64,000 nucleotides of DNA from Mobula hypostoma (Eukaryota), in the NCBI RefSeq assembly GCF_963921235.1, contig NC_086097.1, positions 80,974,001 to 81,038,000 of the forward strand, in the 5' to 3' direction. A program made the position numbers and the translations under genes. The notes below the pieces were generated by a model. That model worked only from the letters and a program-made list of their open reading frames with translations. It made no database searches and was not told where the DNA came from. Below, in pieces: positions 14,698 through 27,754 of this stretch; positions within the stretch are counted from its first letter, which is position 1; the number at the start of each line of letters is the position of its first letter.

Positions 14698-15344
14698 TTA
14701 AAGGTGTGGGCAGGATACTTAAAATGGAGACAAGTGTGGCTGATTAAAGACATGCCTTTGAGTTGCCGTCTGGGTGCACCAGCAAATCAATGTGCAATTT
14801 CACAGAATGTTCTTATTCCGCCCACACTGAATGTTTAAGATGCAGTCAGATAAATGGATGCTCAGAGGGTTAGACACTGACCTTAAGTAAATCTTTTCTT
14901 TAGCAATATTCTTGAATGATGTGCAAGTCAGACCCAAGTAATTAAAATCAACATCCCAATGAGAACCAAAATACCATTTTCACTTCTAATTTTGTTACAG
15001 AGTACACCACAAGCTATTCATTTAAATCATTACATAATATGAATGGACTGCTTCAGTTTTACCATGAAAGAAGCTGAAACTTACTAAGGCAATAATAGAA
15101 TACTTATTACAGCAGGATAATCCAATCGCAGGATTCCTAAGAAACAAAGTTCCTTAGTTTGTACTCTGTCAACAGTCTTTCTGTGGGTCAATACATTATC
15201 AAGTAATCACAGAACCACAGTAGAACTTCAATTATTGAGACAGTGCCAACTAAAAAAATCTCTATAGTCAAATTCTTGTAGATTATAAAGCAATTAGTGA
15301 TCAGCTGAGCACAGTTTAAAGCTGGATCAGAGCTTCCTTTTAAC

Positions 15345-15950
15345 ACCTGCTCAGACCCAAGAATTCTCCAAGTGAGAAAACTTTTCCTCAGCTGTCCTCT
15401 TAATCCTTTATCAATTACATTAAATCTATGTCTCCCAGTTTTGAACCCGTCTTGTGAGGGAAATAGGTCTTCTCTCTTCACCAGCCCATGGGGATTTTTG
15501 TTATCTCTGCCCTCAACCTACTCTGTTGCAAAGAAAATAACCACAGCCCAGACCAGTCTTCCATCATTATGAAAACTTACTACTCTTGGCAGCCATCCTT
15601 GTGACTCCTGAAACCTCACTATCATATCTTCCAAAAACATAGTGAGCAGGACTGGGCATGGTTCTGACAATGTTTTACACAGGGTGAATATAACCTCCTT
15701 GCTTTTTGTAGTCATGCCTTAGCTAATTAAACCAGCCTTTAAAGACAGCTGATCAATCTGTCCTGTTACCTTCAGGCATTTGCGAATATGCACTTCAATG
15801 TCTTCCTGTTCCTCAACACCATGCATTTTAACTATCTATTTGGCATTTCTTTGTCCTGTCCGCTCTCCCAGAATACATTAGCTAAATTCTCTGGATTAAA
15901 TTCCATATGCCATTTTCCTGGTCACACAACTTGTTCATTGAATGTCAACT
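15345..15950 (-). mobile_element. Old CR1 LINE 3' fragment
   Basis: Minus-strand KTGRHRFNV...LRGQLRKSF and KSKEVIFTLCKTL resemble the CR1 ORF2 C-terminus. Confidence 0.7.
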
Positions 15951-16078
15951 TTCTTCCTGATATCACTGCAGCTGCACATTATTTTAAAATGGAGATCATT
16001 TAGCAATTTCAATTGCTGCAAAGGGAAACCAGGATTCCTGACAATGGACCCAATCAGTGGAACAGGATAGTCACTTAC

Positions 16079-16194
16079 CATTGCCTGCACGTTTCTTGTA
16101 GATTTCAATCTGCTCTTTGGCCTTTAGCAGTTGTTCTTCTAATGCATGCACTCTTCCAGCAGCTGGTAGCTGGTCAATGGGACCTTCAGGGATC
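16079..16194 (-). CDS. FUT8: FUT8 internal coding exon (stem region), 116 nt
   Basis: Acceptor ctctattcag|G and donor AATG|gtaagt. Translates (R)[38 protein letters not shown](G), matching vertebrate FUT8 [40 protein letters not shown] as recalled. Phase 2 in, phase 1 out. Confidence 0.97.
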
Positions 16195-17059
16195 CTGAAT
16201 AGAGAAAGATTGGGTAAATAAAATATGCAGTCTCTGTTCATTTGCATATTGGAATTCCACACATGGGATGTTCTTGAGCCAATGGAATCAGAATAAATTA
16301 CTTGGATGAACAACTCCTGGGCAGAAACACTGGTACAAAATGATAACCTTCCAATATGAGAAAAATAATCAGTGCTGTCTGTAGGGCAGGGTAGGCATGT
16401 TGGACTTATCTGCTCAGAAGTCAGAGACTGGCAGTGAGTTTCATTTTTCTGATTTTTATTCCTGAATGCACTGCTGTAGAAATTATCACTTATGACAAGC
16501 ACTTGGTTCATGTATGAGACCTGTTCAGGGAAGGAAAATAGGAGCTGCAACTTACAATCAGTGCAGTGAGTGACCAACCCTCAAAACCTGACAGCAATTT
16601 ATGGAGCACGCACACTTGCAGTTAAATGCAGAAATCCTTAAGTTGTTATCAGTATTATCTGCTTCACCACAGTATGCTGCTGCTGCTGACTTCTCCTGGG
16701 TAATCAGAATTCAGTGAATTATTTTCACTTATTGAGGAACTAATCATGCTATTAAAAATCCTTAACATGTTAATCTTTGCTGAATGAGTTGCAACTGATG
16801 AATTTCATTGTATAATTACTGGTCACAGAGTCTCACTCTATAAGTACACATTTTTCATTGTTTGAGTTTCAACTAATTCCATTAATTTTAATACAAAGAG
16901 AGATTTTATGATATTTATGATAGACAATATGTTAAGCTTGTTATATTTCAGATCCCACTTTAATTCCAAATGCTTATGAGGCTGATTAAAAACAAGACTG
17001 CCTTACTATTTGCTTGTTCCTTTGCGAGGAATCTTCAGTCTGACTTGGTGCTAAGCCTC

Positions 17060-17560
17060 CGTGTGGATATCACAGCAGCTGGACATCATACATCTCAACT
17101 TAGTATGGCAAATGCTCTGCCCCAGGCCGCAAGAAAATGCAGTGGTGTGCTATGCAATCCAACATGCAAACCAGTCTCCTCTCCATTCACCCTGTCTACA
17201 CTACCCACTGCTTTGGGAAAGTAGCCAACATCATCAAAAACGCCGCCCATCCCAGTCATTCTACACCCCCTTCCCATCAGGCAGAAGATGCAAAAGCACA
17301 TACCACCAGACTCAAGGGCAACTTCTGTCCCGCTGTTACCAGACTCTTAAACTCTGGTCTCCCAACCTACCTCATTATGGCTCTTGCACTTTGCTTGTCT
17401 ACATGCACTGCACTGTCTTTGCAATTCAAATGTTATATTCTCCAGTATTTGTCTTTTTACTACCTTGATGTAATTATGTATGGCATGATCTGTGTGGATA
17501 GCACACAAGCAAAAGCTTTTCATTGTATTCGGGTATAGGTGAAAATAATAGCCAATAAAC
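17060..17560 (+). mobile_element. Rex1/Babar-like LINE 3' fragment
   Basis: KVANIIK...HPSH...PS...AHTTRLKGNFCPAVTRLLN, then a 3' UTR ending aataaacc. Confidence 0.75.
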
Positions 17561-17571
17561 CAAGACCTTTC

Positions 17572-17765
17572 TGTTATCTTTTAAAACTCTAAAACGTTAA
17601 ACTAATTGAAAGGAAAAGATGGGAGTCTGAAATGCGGGTCTAACTTTGTGTTTACTTTAAGCAAGGCACACACATATTAAGTGGTGGCATGATAACAAAT
17701 GTCTTTTACGTACTTTTGCAGATAATTTCCAATGTATTATGTAAACAAAATGCTTTGTCAAAGAA
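17572..17765 (-). mobile_element. Partial short LTR, same family as 46946-47175
   Basis: tgttatc...aaaacgttaaactaattgaaagg...ggagtctgaaatgcgggtctaactt aligns by eye with the reverse complement of about 47050-47175. Confidence 0.6.
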
Positions 17766-17954
17766 TTGTGAATTTTGTGAATGGGGAAATCCCTGCTGCA
17801 TCACTACATCTGTGTGGTCAGCCTTCCTCTAATATAAAAGTGAGGGCCATCACTTTGCTATTGGTCACAAAATCAAAGCCGTTAATCTTTCAGCAAGCTG
17901 AAACTGACTTTCTAGTTTCCTGTTTGTCATTTTTCCTCAGTTTGCAACATGGTT

Positions 17955-18268
17955 GGTAAAAGGAGAAGGAATAGGGGAGGGTGTGGAGGCAGCAGAAATA
18001 CATTCTACAATGATCAATAAACTAATTATTTGGAATCAAATGACTTTGCCTGGTGTGTCTGCACCCGTACAACATCCCTCCCCACCCCACCTCTGGCACT
18101 CCTTCTCTGCTATCTGTCCCATACCCCTCCCTCACCATTCCCAACATACTTCGCTCCTGCCAGATTTAAAAACCTCACTCTCCGCTCCATGTTGACAAAT
18201 ACAGTATTGTGCAGAAATCTTAGGCACCCTAGCTATATATATGTGCCTAAGATTCTTGCATTGTACTA
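17955..18268 (-). mobile_element. Second (inverted) copy of the Tc1-derived composite element, including a 67-bp hairpin MITE at 18202-18268
   Basis: TA|CAGTATTGTGCAGAAATCTTAGGCAC-spacer-GTGCCTAAGATTCTTGCATTGTACTA|TA. The adjacent body is the reverse complement of about 7265-7480. Confidence 0.75.
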
Positions 18269-19084
18269 TAGGTCTACACAAAAGCTATAAAGTAACACAA
18301 TCACTGAATGTTCACCTGATTATTTATTCATAAATAAAGTATCACCTCTACCTCAGAATTTACAAATGGAATACCATGGTTAAAAGAGTTATTGCAAAGT
18401 ATTTGGAGAATGTCAACAAGTTTTCATAATGCACACAGGTTCCCTGAAAATAGATTAATCTTTCACATTTTGTACAGCAAGTGACATTGGACATGGCCAA
18501 TCATTGCTGGGAGCAGCCTTAACTTCATTTGGAGTTAGATCATTGTGCAGTCTGATGGTGGGTTCAGTTGGGTGGGAAAACAAAACAAGGAGCTGATCAG
18601 CTTTGAGAAAGAACAAGAGAACTGCAGATTAAACAAGATTTAGAAGAAAAGTATTTGATTATCATGTTCTAATCAGAACATGGCAAAAACTCTGATCACT
18701 TTCACTATCAGTAGGACAAAAACTAATGTTTGTCAAATACACGTGGGAAGTGATGGTACAATATGTGTATCATAAACCAAGAGTAGTATAGCATACAAGT
18801 TAATTCTTCATCTGGTTGTTGCATTTCATTCCTGCTCATTATGTTTTAAATGAAGGAATCACACACTGGCAACTCAAATATGAAGCCAGTTTTGAACAAG
18901 CTACCACTTTTGTCCTCCCGATCTTCCAGAGGGGGAACGGTGCTTTAGTTCAGATAATACACATCTAAGCCAATACATGTAGCACATGCAGCACAGCCAA
19001 ATGTAAAACCGCTCTCTATTTTGGCAAGTATGCCTCAGACCAACTTCAAATGAATTTCAACACGATCCCTTCCCCGTTTCACTC

Positions 19085-19720
19085 AAAGTCCAAGTGGAGT
19101 TTATTGTCATGTGCACGAGGTACATGTCTGCGCAGGTATAATGAAAAACTTATTTGCAGCAGCATCACAGGCTTATAGCATCACATAAACAGCATTCACA
19201 AGGAAAACAAAAACTGAACATAAATTATACACAATTTTTATAAGAAAGAATACAATTGGAACAAAAGAGTCCATTTTTATGGTCAGAGCTTTGCTAAATT
19301 AGGATTGTGCCAGTTAGTTCATGAACCAAATGGTAAAAGGAAAGTAGCTGCCCTTGAACCTGGTGGTGTGGGGCTTCAAGCTTCTGCACCTCCTGCCCAA
19401 ATGGTGGTTGCTTAAAGGTGGCATGGCCTGAATGATGAGAATCTTTGTTGGTAGATGTTTCCTTCTGAGGCAGTGCCTCCTGTAGGTACTACTGATGGAG
19501 GGGATATACCTGTGATATATTGGGCACAGTGCACTACTTTCTGCAGAGTCTTATGTTCCTATGCATTCGAATTGCTCAGCCAGACCATGACACAACCAGT
19601 CAGGATAGTTTCAATATTATACATCTGTTGAAACTTGTTAAGGGTGTTTGGTGTCAAACTGAACCTCCTTAACCTCCTATCAAAGTAGACACAGGTGCAC
19701 TTTCCTTATGATTGCAAGCA
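19085..19720 (-). mobile_element. Decayed Rex1/Babar-like LINE 3' fragment
   Basis: gaacctggtggtgtgggg cttcaagcttctgcacctcctgcc and accagtcaggatag segments are homologous to the copies at 28 kb and 42.4 kb. Confidence 0.7.
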
Positions 19721-22528
19721 TTGCATAGATGCAATCATAAAGAACCCTCCTGAGCTTAACCTGATGAAACTGCAATCTCGTGATGAAACAGTGATCATTC
19801 TGGACTAATGCTCAGTCAGTTTGATTGGACACTACCCAACTTGTATATGGAACTCTTATGGCCAGAATATACCAAAGGTTGTAGTCTTATTGGTGTGTAT
19901 TTGAGTCTTGCTTCACAAAGTGAACAGCCAAAATCTAATGTAATACACCGGCAGCTCTTTTTCCGTGGCATAATTCTCATATTTCCCAGGGCCCATTGAG
20001 AGGTTTTGCGCAAACATCGCAAAGACTGCTTCAATTATGGTGAAGCAAATTGTAAATGTAAAACAACAAATGTTGTTACTTAATAGCAACCTTCTTCAGG
20101 GCAAAAAAATACTTTACAGTATTAATAAACAAATCTAAAAAATAATCTAACAAAATAATTCTAATGTCTTTTCAAAAATAAAATAAAAATGAGATCAGAA
20201 ATGCAAATGCCAGAATCAATGCATTCCACACAACAAATATTATAATAAACTATTACGAAACCATTATCTGTCTGCATCCCATGCTGATTTATCATATGGA
20301 TAATGTATGAATGAAAATCTCCCACAATATTTAGTTCATCTACCTATCTCATTTGAGCCGTGCCTTTCACAGCACCATTAAACAGCATTGCACATGTGCA
20401 TAGTCTGTAAGAGAAAAAAAAGACTGGCTTTAAATCACATGCAAAGCTCAAGCTAAAATTTAAAAGAAAACTATTGGTAAAATGCGATTTCAGGATTTCA
20501 TACTCTCAGACATATTACAGTTGAAATATTCTTCAAGGCAGAGCTAAAGAAATCAAACAGAAAATTCTTTCACAGATTCATTGTGATATGTTTTGGAGAC
20601 AGTAGGCTTCAATGAAAGAACAGCTGAATGTAGCAGAATCGCTCTAATGTATTCATCTCTATAGCCCTGGACATGTTTTCAATTATAAATCCTTGAACAT
20701 CCAATCAATCTTTGATGAAAAGTTATTCCCTGACAATCAAAATACATGTGAAACATTAAACCTTTGCCATCCACTATTCAACCATTGACTGTTGTTTCCT
20801 CCCATCCCTTTATGCGTCAATAGAGATGATTAATCAACCAGACATCACTGTGTTGGTTGAAACAATCTTCTACACATTCATGATCCAAGAAAACAAGAAG
20901 AACCTCCACCTCCAGGTGGGCTCAAGGATTGCCAACAATCCTTGATACTTGAACAATCTCAATGAAACCATTTTGGAGAACAGAGAGCAAATGAAGATGA
21001 CAAATGATTCAAGTGCAATTATCTCTGTATGGTGGGGTGGGGTGGGGGGGGTGAGAGGTGAGATGAATGAGAGAAGGAGGGTGAAGGAAGGGGGCACAAG
21101 GCAGAAGGGGCAAAGGTGGGAAGATAGAAAGAGTGGGAGAATTTGGCCCTAACTACCTGTCTACATAACTCGATATTTCTGGGACTGTAGGCTGCCTGGC
21201 CTTTCACTGACCTTCAAGGACAGGGAAATATCTATTTGAATCCAGCTTGTCTAAAGCAGTAGGTCCCAATCCTGATATAATGCTGGCTGCAGAGATTTCA
21301 CAAGGATCATCAAGTTCAGTAGCATACTCTTAATGTACCTCCTGCAAGTTAGAGAAGTAGCTAACAATGATAGAAACATCCTGTTGTTAAACGTGGCAGA
21401 AACTCTACATCATTGGGCTTTTGGGGTTCCTCAACCCTCTGCTTTGAACTCTCTGTAGCTTCCCAATGAACATCAGGATCATTGTTTCTGTTAATAAATT
21501 GCACACTTCAGCACACAAGGACAGGTAAGAGACCTGAAGCTGCAAACGTGGAGTGACAAAATGTGAAATATTGCTCAAGGGAAAAGAAAATAGATAGCAG
21601 GAAGAGAGAAGGAAGACCAATATGTTTGCAGTTTGTAGGTGCCATGTTTCAAACTTTACACTGGCAAGCATGTGATGAGTGGCACTGGTGAAGAGTTGAT
21701 GGCATGTGGAAGAGAATAGATTACATTGACATATTACATTGACTTTATTCCAGACTTAATAAATCGATGCTATCTCTTATTAAACAGGGGTGGTCAAGCA
21801 TACTTCTGAAGCAAGCTGTCAGCAAGTGCTCACATTTTAAATATGCCACTTCTTGCTGACTTGATTCTTTTGCATTGAAATTTACATCCCTTTGAAGTAT
21901 GGAGACTAATAAAAGAACAAGGCAATGAAAAGTTGCTGGAAAATGTTACTCTTAGTTATCATATATATATCATCAACTCATGCAAGACTGATACATGCAG
22001 AGATGAGTCAGAATTGAATCCTGGTCAACATAGCTAAATGACAGCAGCAGTCTTTGCTGATTCCCTCGTTACCTGATTCTCTGTGACATAGTCTACTCTC
22101 CTGTACTTTCAATGGCAGCCAATCTATTCCTCATCATCAATGTTAACTTTCATCCCATTGCTAAGATTACAAGTCTGTGTGAATTAAGGTAAACCATCTA
22201 GAAGTCTGATTCCATAGTTTGCTTCCACAAAACCATAAATGGTATTTAGTTTCAGACTAACAAGTTGAAGCTGACTCTGAAGCCCATCCTCTATCCATTT
22301 CAACCTTAGTTCGCCTGCATACTACCTACTTATATCAAAGATACCTTACAGCATCCAGTTATTCTCCCAAGCAGCAGGTATTGGGATGTGAATAGAGACT
22401 GAAGTACACAGAAGAAACTCACTCAATGTTTTTTTTTGTAGTCTGTATCCACTAAGGTATAATAATATACTTGTGCACCATTTCATTATCAATAAAAATT
22501 AAACATATTAAATAACATACAATATATA

Positions 22529-23030
22529 CACTTAGTAGTGACTGTATTAGGTACACCTGCTCATTAGTGCAAGTATCTAATCAGCCAATCATGGTCAAGA
22601 GATTCAGTTGGTGTTTTGACCAAACATGACATGACAATGGGGAAGAAATGTGATCTAAGTGACCTTGACTGTGGAACCATTGTTGGTGACAGATATGGTG
22701 GTTTGAGTATCTCAGAAACTGCTGATCTCCTGGGATTTTCACACACAACAGGCGCTGGAGTTTATAGAGAATGGTGTGAAGAACAAAAACAAAAAATTCC
22801 AGTAAGCAGCAGTTCTGTGGGTAAAAACACCATGTGAATGAGAGAGGTCTGAAGAAAATGGCTAGACTGGTTCGTGCTGGCAGAAAGGGGAGAGTAACTC
22901 AAATACCATGTGTTACAACAATGGTGTGCTGAAGAGCATCTCTGGATGAATAACACATTAAACCTTAAAGTTGATGGGTTACCAGCAACAGAAGACCACG
23001 AACATACACCTTGTGCGTATTTCTGTCAGA
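22529..23030 (+). mobile_element. Non-autonomous Tc1-like element retaining the transposase N-terminus
   Basis: TA|CACTTAGTAGTGACTGTATTAGGTACAC TIR. Encodes MGKKCDLSDLDCGTIVGDRYGGLSISETADLLGFSHTT, a Tc1 paired-like HTH. Confidence 0.85.
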
Positions 23031-23319
23031 TATTTAGAGCAGACTATAAATTCTGATTCCTTTTGGTTTTGCTTGATCAAATTTCTACCTTGGTATCAGA
23101 TGTCCATAGAATTATTTTTTAAATAATTATCGTTGCTTAACAATCATAAAATTATTGGTTAATCTGAAACTTCACTTACATTGAGAAGAGTAACAGTTGA
23201 AAATATGCAGTAACAAATAAGAAGACAGAACTTCCTTAACCTTCAATTCTAATTCTTTTTCAAATTCAATGACAAAATTTTCTGAAATAAATATCCAATA
23301 AAATGTGAGAGAATTCTAA

Positions 23320-23690
23320 GTGGTTGCATTACCACCTGGTATAGAGCACCGATGCACAAGATTGAAAGAGGCTGCAGAGATTATAGATTCAGTCGGCTCC
23401 ATCATGGGCTCAACCCTCCCCACCATCAAGACATCTTCAAGAGGTGGTGCCTGAAGAAAGTGGCATCCATCACTGAGGGACCTCAGCATCTGGGACATGC
23501 ACCCTTCTCATTAACGCCATTGGAGTGCTGAACACCCTCACTCAATAGGAACAGCTTCTTCCCCTCTACCAAAGTTATGAAGAGTCCTTTATTAAACATT
23601 AGCTCTTTATTTATCCTTTGCAGTATTTATTTTTGTAACATAGCACTGCCTTGATGCCACAAAACATATGCTAGTGATCATAAACCTAAT
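23320..23690 (+). mobile_element. Decayed Rex1/Babar-like LINE 3' fragment
   Basis: ggttgcattaccacctggtat...ctgcagag...ctccccaccatcaagacatcttc...agcttcttcccctct, with tail agtgatcataaacct. Confidence 0.65.
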
Positions 23691-24564
23691 TCTGGTTGAT
23701 AGGAAACTGCTAGAAATGAACAGTCCAAATAAATCTGTCTTATCTTCATCAAAGGGCCCAAATTTTCTTTTTAATGTGCAACAATAAACTTCACTCAGAT
23801 CATCAGTTTTGAAAGTTATGCAGTAAATGCCCAAGAACCATATAAATAATTCAGTAAAGTATGACTCATTAGCCACATTCATGAGTTAAACATTGGATGG
23901 CTTTTACTCATCTGGAAGTTGTTCACCTAATCCTGAAATAAAGTACTGCGGTTTTGAACAGTCATTAAAGCTTATTCATTTCCAAACTTTAAATGAGCTC
24001 CAAGCTATTAAATGATAACTAATCTCCTACCAGGGCACTCTTGCTTGTAACTCTATCAGACTTCTAATCAAATTTTATTAGTCCAAGAGGAAACCTTACT
24101 CTCAAAGTGCCATTTCTTGGTTTAGCTTACAATTGCTGATTTCAAGCTGTATGTGCCTGCAAACTGGCACCTCTACATTATCTGCAGCCTCAGAAGATGA
24201 GAGTTCTTATCCATTCTGGGGAATGAAAAATAAACCAGCAGCTCATACTGCCAGATTGTTTGGGAGCATATCGTGGAAACAAGACACTCTTGTACCAAGT
24301 CAGGAGAGGAGACTGGGTAACCATGCAAATAAAAAACTTCAAGGAGCACTCAAATTAAAAGGCAAATAACAAATCCAAATGGATCAGTTCCCTTCTGATT
24401 CTTCTCATGTGAACCTGCACAATGTAACACCTCAAGGCACATCACTGTCATGTCTGAGCCCTTGCTTTTTTAATGTGTGTACATTCACACTTCTACCATT
24501 GGTTAGTGATTAGAAACAGGGAGACAGTAAAATGTTGTACCTCCAATGTTCTACTGTTCATCCT

Positions 24565-25283
24565 CAGTAGAACAGAAGGATCTAGGAATAATGGTGCATA
24601 GTTCCCTGAAGGTGGAATTTCATGTGGATAGCGTGGTGAAGAAAGCTTTTGGTATGCTGGCCTTTCTAAATCAGAGCATTGAGCATAGGAGTTGGGATGT
24701 AATGTTGAAATTGTACAAGGCATTGGTGAGGTCAAATTTGGAGTATTGTGTACAGTTTTGGTCACCGAATTATAGGAAAGATGTCAACGAAATAAAGAGA
24801 GTACAGAGAAGATTTACTAGAATGTTACCTGGGTTTCATCACCTAAGTTACAGAGAAAGGTTGAACAAGTTGGGTCTTTATTCTTTGGAACATAGAAAGT
24901 TGGGGAGGGACTTGATAGAAATATTTAAAATTATGAGGGGAATAGATAGAGTTGATGTGGATAGGCTTTTTCTATTGAGAGTGGGGGAGATTCAAACAAG
25001 AAGACATGAGTTGAGAGTTAAAGGGCAAAAGTTTAGGGGTAACATGAGGGGGGACTTCTTTACTCAGAGAGTGGTAGCTGTGTGGAACGAGCTTCCAGCA
25101 GAAGTGGTTGAGGCAGGTTCGATGTTGTCATTTGAAGTTAAATTGGATAGATATATGGACAGGAAAGGAATGGAGGGTTATGGGGTGAGTGCAGGTCAGT
25201 GGGACTAGGTGAGAGTAAGAGTTCGGCCTGGACTAGAAGGGCTGAGATGGCCTGTTTCTGTGCTGTAATTGTTATATGGTTTT
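24565..25283 (+). mobile_element. Young 5'-truncated CR1 LINE
   Basis: Uninterrupted ORF2 C-terminus of about 210 aa (EQKDLGI...LEYCVQFWSP...RVQRRFTRM...FFTQRVVAVWN), followed by the 3' UTR. Confidence 0.95.
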
Positions 25284-26284
25284 ATAAAACCAAGGCTAAA
25301 TGCACAGCAGATACCAATTAATCAGCGTAGACCATGGATCAAGCCTGACTACCTGATTTATTGCCCTTGATTAATTGTTCATATATTGGGGAAATGAACA
25401 GGGAGAAATGTTTGCATGCTGCCCCTCAACAGCAACACACAAGCCCTGATTTAGAGTCTTGCCCACATGGGACCACTGGCACTACTCAACAGTAGAGTGG
25501 CGAGTTATCAAGGCAGGGTCAGGTACAGGAATTTCTAAAATGGTTTCCAACTTAACTTGCTTCATTTTATAAAAATGTTCTACAAACCCTTAAGCTAACA
25601 GCTAGAAGCAAAGTTTGCAGTTTTCATCACTGAAATTTAAAAGGACACTGAGACAAGATCCAAGCCCAAAGGAAACTGAAAAAAATGCTGAATCAGAACA
25701 AAATTATGCACAAGTTCAAGCATTAGACATGAAAGCTTTTTCAAGGTATATAAAGATTTTGCCAGATCCTGGTGTTATGTCTCACCTCAAATTTGATTGT
25801 TAAAACATTTGCTTTATGAATGTTCAAAGAGTTACAGCCATAAGAGCCATCTCGTTAGCAATAACTAAGCAGTGAAAGCATTTACGGTTGTCCTCCCAGT
25901 CTTCACCTTGATCTCCTTAGACAGCTGGAGTCGCAATTAAAATGAAGGGAAAGGCAAAATTATAAATCACCAATCACACATCCTTAGCCTCCTCTCACAC
26001 CCTCTCTACATGCTTTCCAAGTTCGCAAAGATACAATGCAAACAGCGTAAATGGAAGCACTAAATTAAAGAGAGATATCATCAGATTGAAAGATATTTAT
26101 CATTGTTTGCTCAGAGTAGACAAAAGTGCATTGGACATTTTGGCCTTATAGAGAAGAGGGCAGAGTACTTCATAAAAAATCAACAACTAGGAACATGGGG
26201 TTTTGCGTACATGGATGAGTAAAATGTCATGTGCATGTGCACAAGAAAAATCAGAACAGCTAAGGGAATGCTGGCTTCAAAAGA

Positions 26285-26895
26285 CGGGAAATGTTAGCCT
26301 TCATTTGTTGGGGAATTGAATTCAAGAGCCATGAGGTAATTTTGCAGGTCTATAAGATTCTGGTTAGATCACACTTGGAGTATTGTGTTCATTTCTGGCT
26401 GCCTTATTAAAGGGAGGAGGTGGATGTTTTAGAGAGGGTGCAGAGGAGATTTACCAGAATGCTGCCTGGGTCAAAGAGCATGCAAAAATAGGTTGATTGA
26501 GCCAGAGCTTTTCTCTTTGAAGTGAAGGAAAATGAGAGTTGACTTGGCAGAGGTGTGTATGATGATAAGATGCATAGAGTAGACAGTCAGAGACTTATTT
26601 CTCAGGATGGAAATGGCTAACATGAAGGGGTATAATCATGACATGATTGGAGGAAAGTATAGGGCTGATATCAGGTATATTATTTTACACAGAGAGTAGA
26701 GCTGTGTGAAATGCACTGCCAAGGGTAGTGATAGAGGCAGATACAATAGGGACAATTAGGGGACACCTGTATAGGCACATAGATGAAAGAAATGTAGAGG
26801 GGCACAGGGCAGGGAAGGGATAGATTGATCTTAGAGTAGGTTAAAAGGTCGGTACAACATCATGGGCGAAAGGTCCTTTATTGTGCTGTTCTAAA
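26285..26895 (+). mobile_element. Decayed CR1 LINE 3' fragment
   Basis: Homologous to 11240-11850 (cacttggagtattgtgttc, agagagggtgcagaggagattta). Confidence 0.88.
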
Positions 26896-26974
26896 ATCTG
26901 GTGCACAAATATTTAGAAATTACGTGATGATCTGAAAGCAGCAATTGTATCACATTTTTAGGCAGATCACATCT

Positions 26975-27230
26975 GGAGGTAGCATAGTGCAACACCATTA
27001 CTGCACATTGCATTGTTGTTTGGAGTTCGGTTCCGGCACTGTCAGTAAGGAGTTTGTACGTTTTCCCTAGCAGACTGCGTAAGTTTCCTCCGGGTGCTCC
27101 GGTTTCCTCCCAGAGTCCAAAGGTGTACTGATTCGTAGGTTAATTGGTGATTGTAAATTGTCCTGGGATCAGGCTAAGGTTCTGGGTGATGGGCTCATTG
27201 GGCTGGAAGGGCCAGTCCCACGGTGAATAA
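26975..27230 (+). mobile_element. tRNA-derived V-SINE (HE1-like)
   Basis: Degenerate A/B boxes (ggagttcggttcc) and the conserved V core gtttcctccgggtgctccggtttcctccca. Confidence 0.8.
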
Positions 27231-27754
27231 GTAAGGAGTTTAATTTAATTAACTTGTAATTAAATTAAATTACAACCAAGCAAACTAAGGTTAATTTCTT
27301 TGGAACCAAGTAGATTAGAAGAATTTGAAGAGAAACACTCAACATATTAGAAAAAGCTTTATTCTCCTCCTCCACCATTGAATGGACAATGAACCTATGA
27401 ACACAATCTCACTACTTTTCTTCTCTTTTTGCAATACTTAATTTTAATATACTTATCAAAATTTATGGTATATTTTAAATACTGCAAAACAACAAATTTC
27501 ACAAGACATGTCAGTGATAATAAACTTGACTGATTCTGATACGGGGGATATTTGAAGGGAATTTTCAAGATACTGATGAGAAATAATAAGGTAGAGAAAG
27601 AGAAATGATGACAGCTGGTTGAGAAATCTAGAACAGGGAGGCAGAGTCGAAAATCAGAGACAAGCTTTCAGAAGCAAATTTAGAAGACTTTTCAACAAGC
27701 AGACGGTGGAATAAGCTGAGAATTTTTAAACACCATACGTAAATGAATCAGAAA

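Noticed and set aside
16195..16577. N-terminal part of the 168-aa ORF 16071..16577
   Set aside because: It is intronic read-through upstream of the acceptor at 16195/16196. Only the last ~39 codons are FUT8.
20870..20930. Minus-strand EPTWRWRFFLFSWIM resembling the FUT8 N-terminus (SWRWIMLILFAW)
   Set aside because: Spacing differs, there is no MRPW start, a stop follows three codons later, and the downstream FYIGGHL...ESLR is missing. Treated as chance.
24546..25208. 220-aa ORF as a host gene
   Set aside because: It is the C-terminus of CR1 ORF2 from a 5'-truncated copy.
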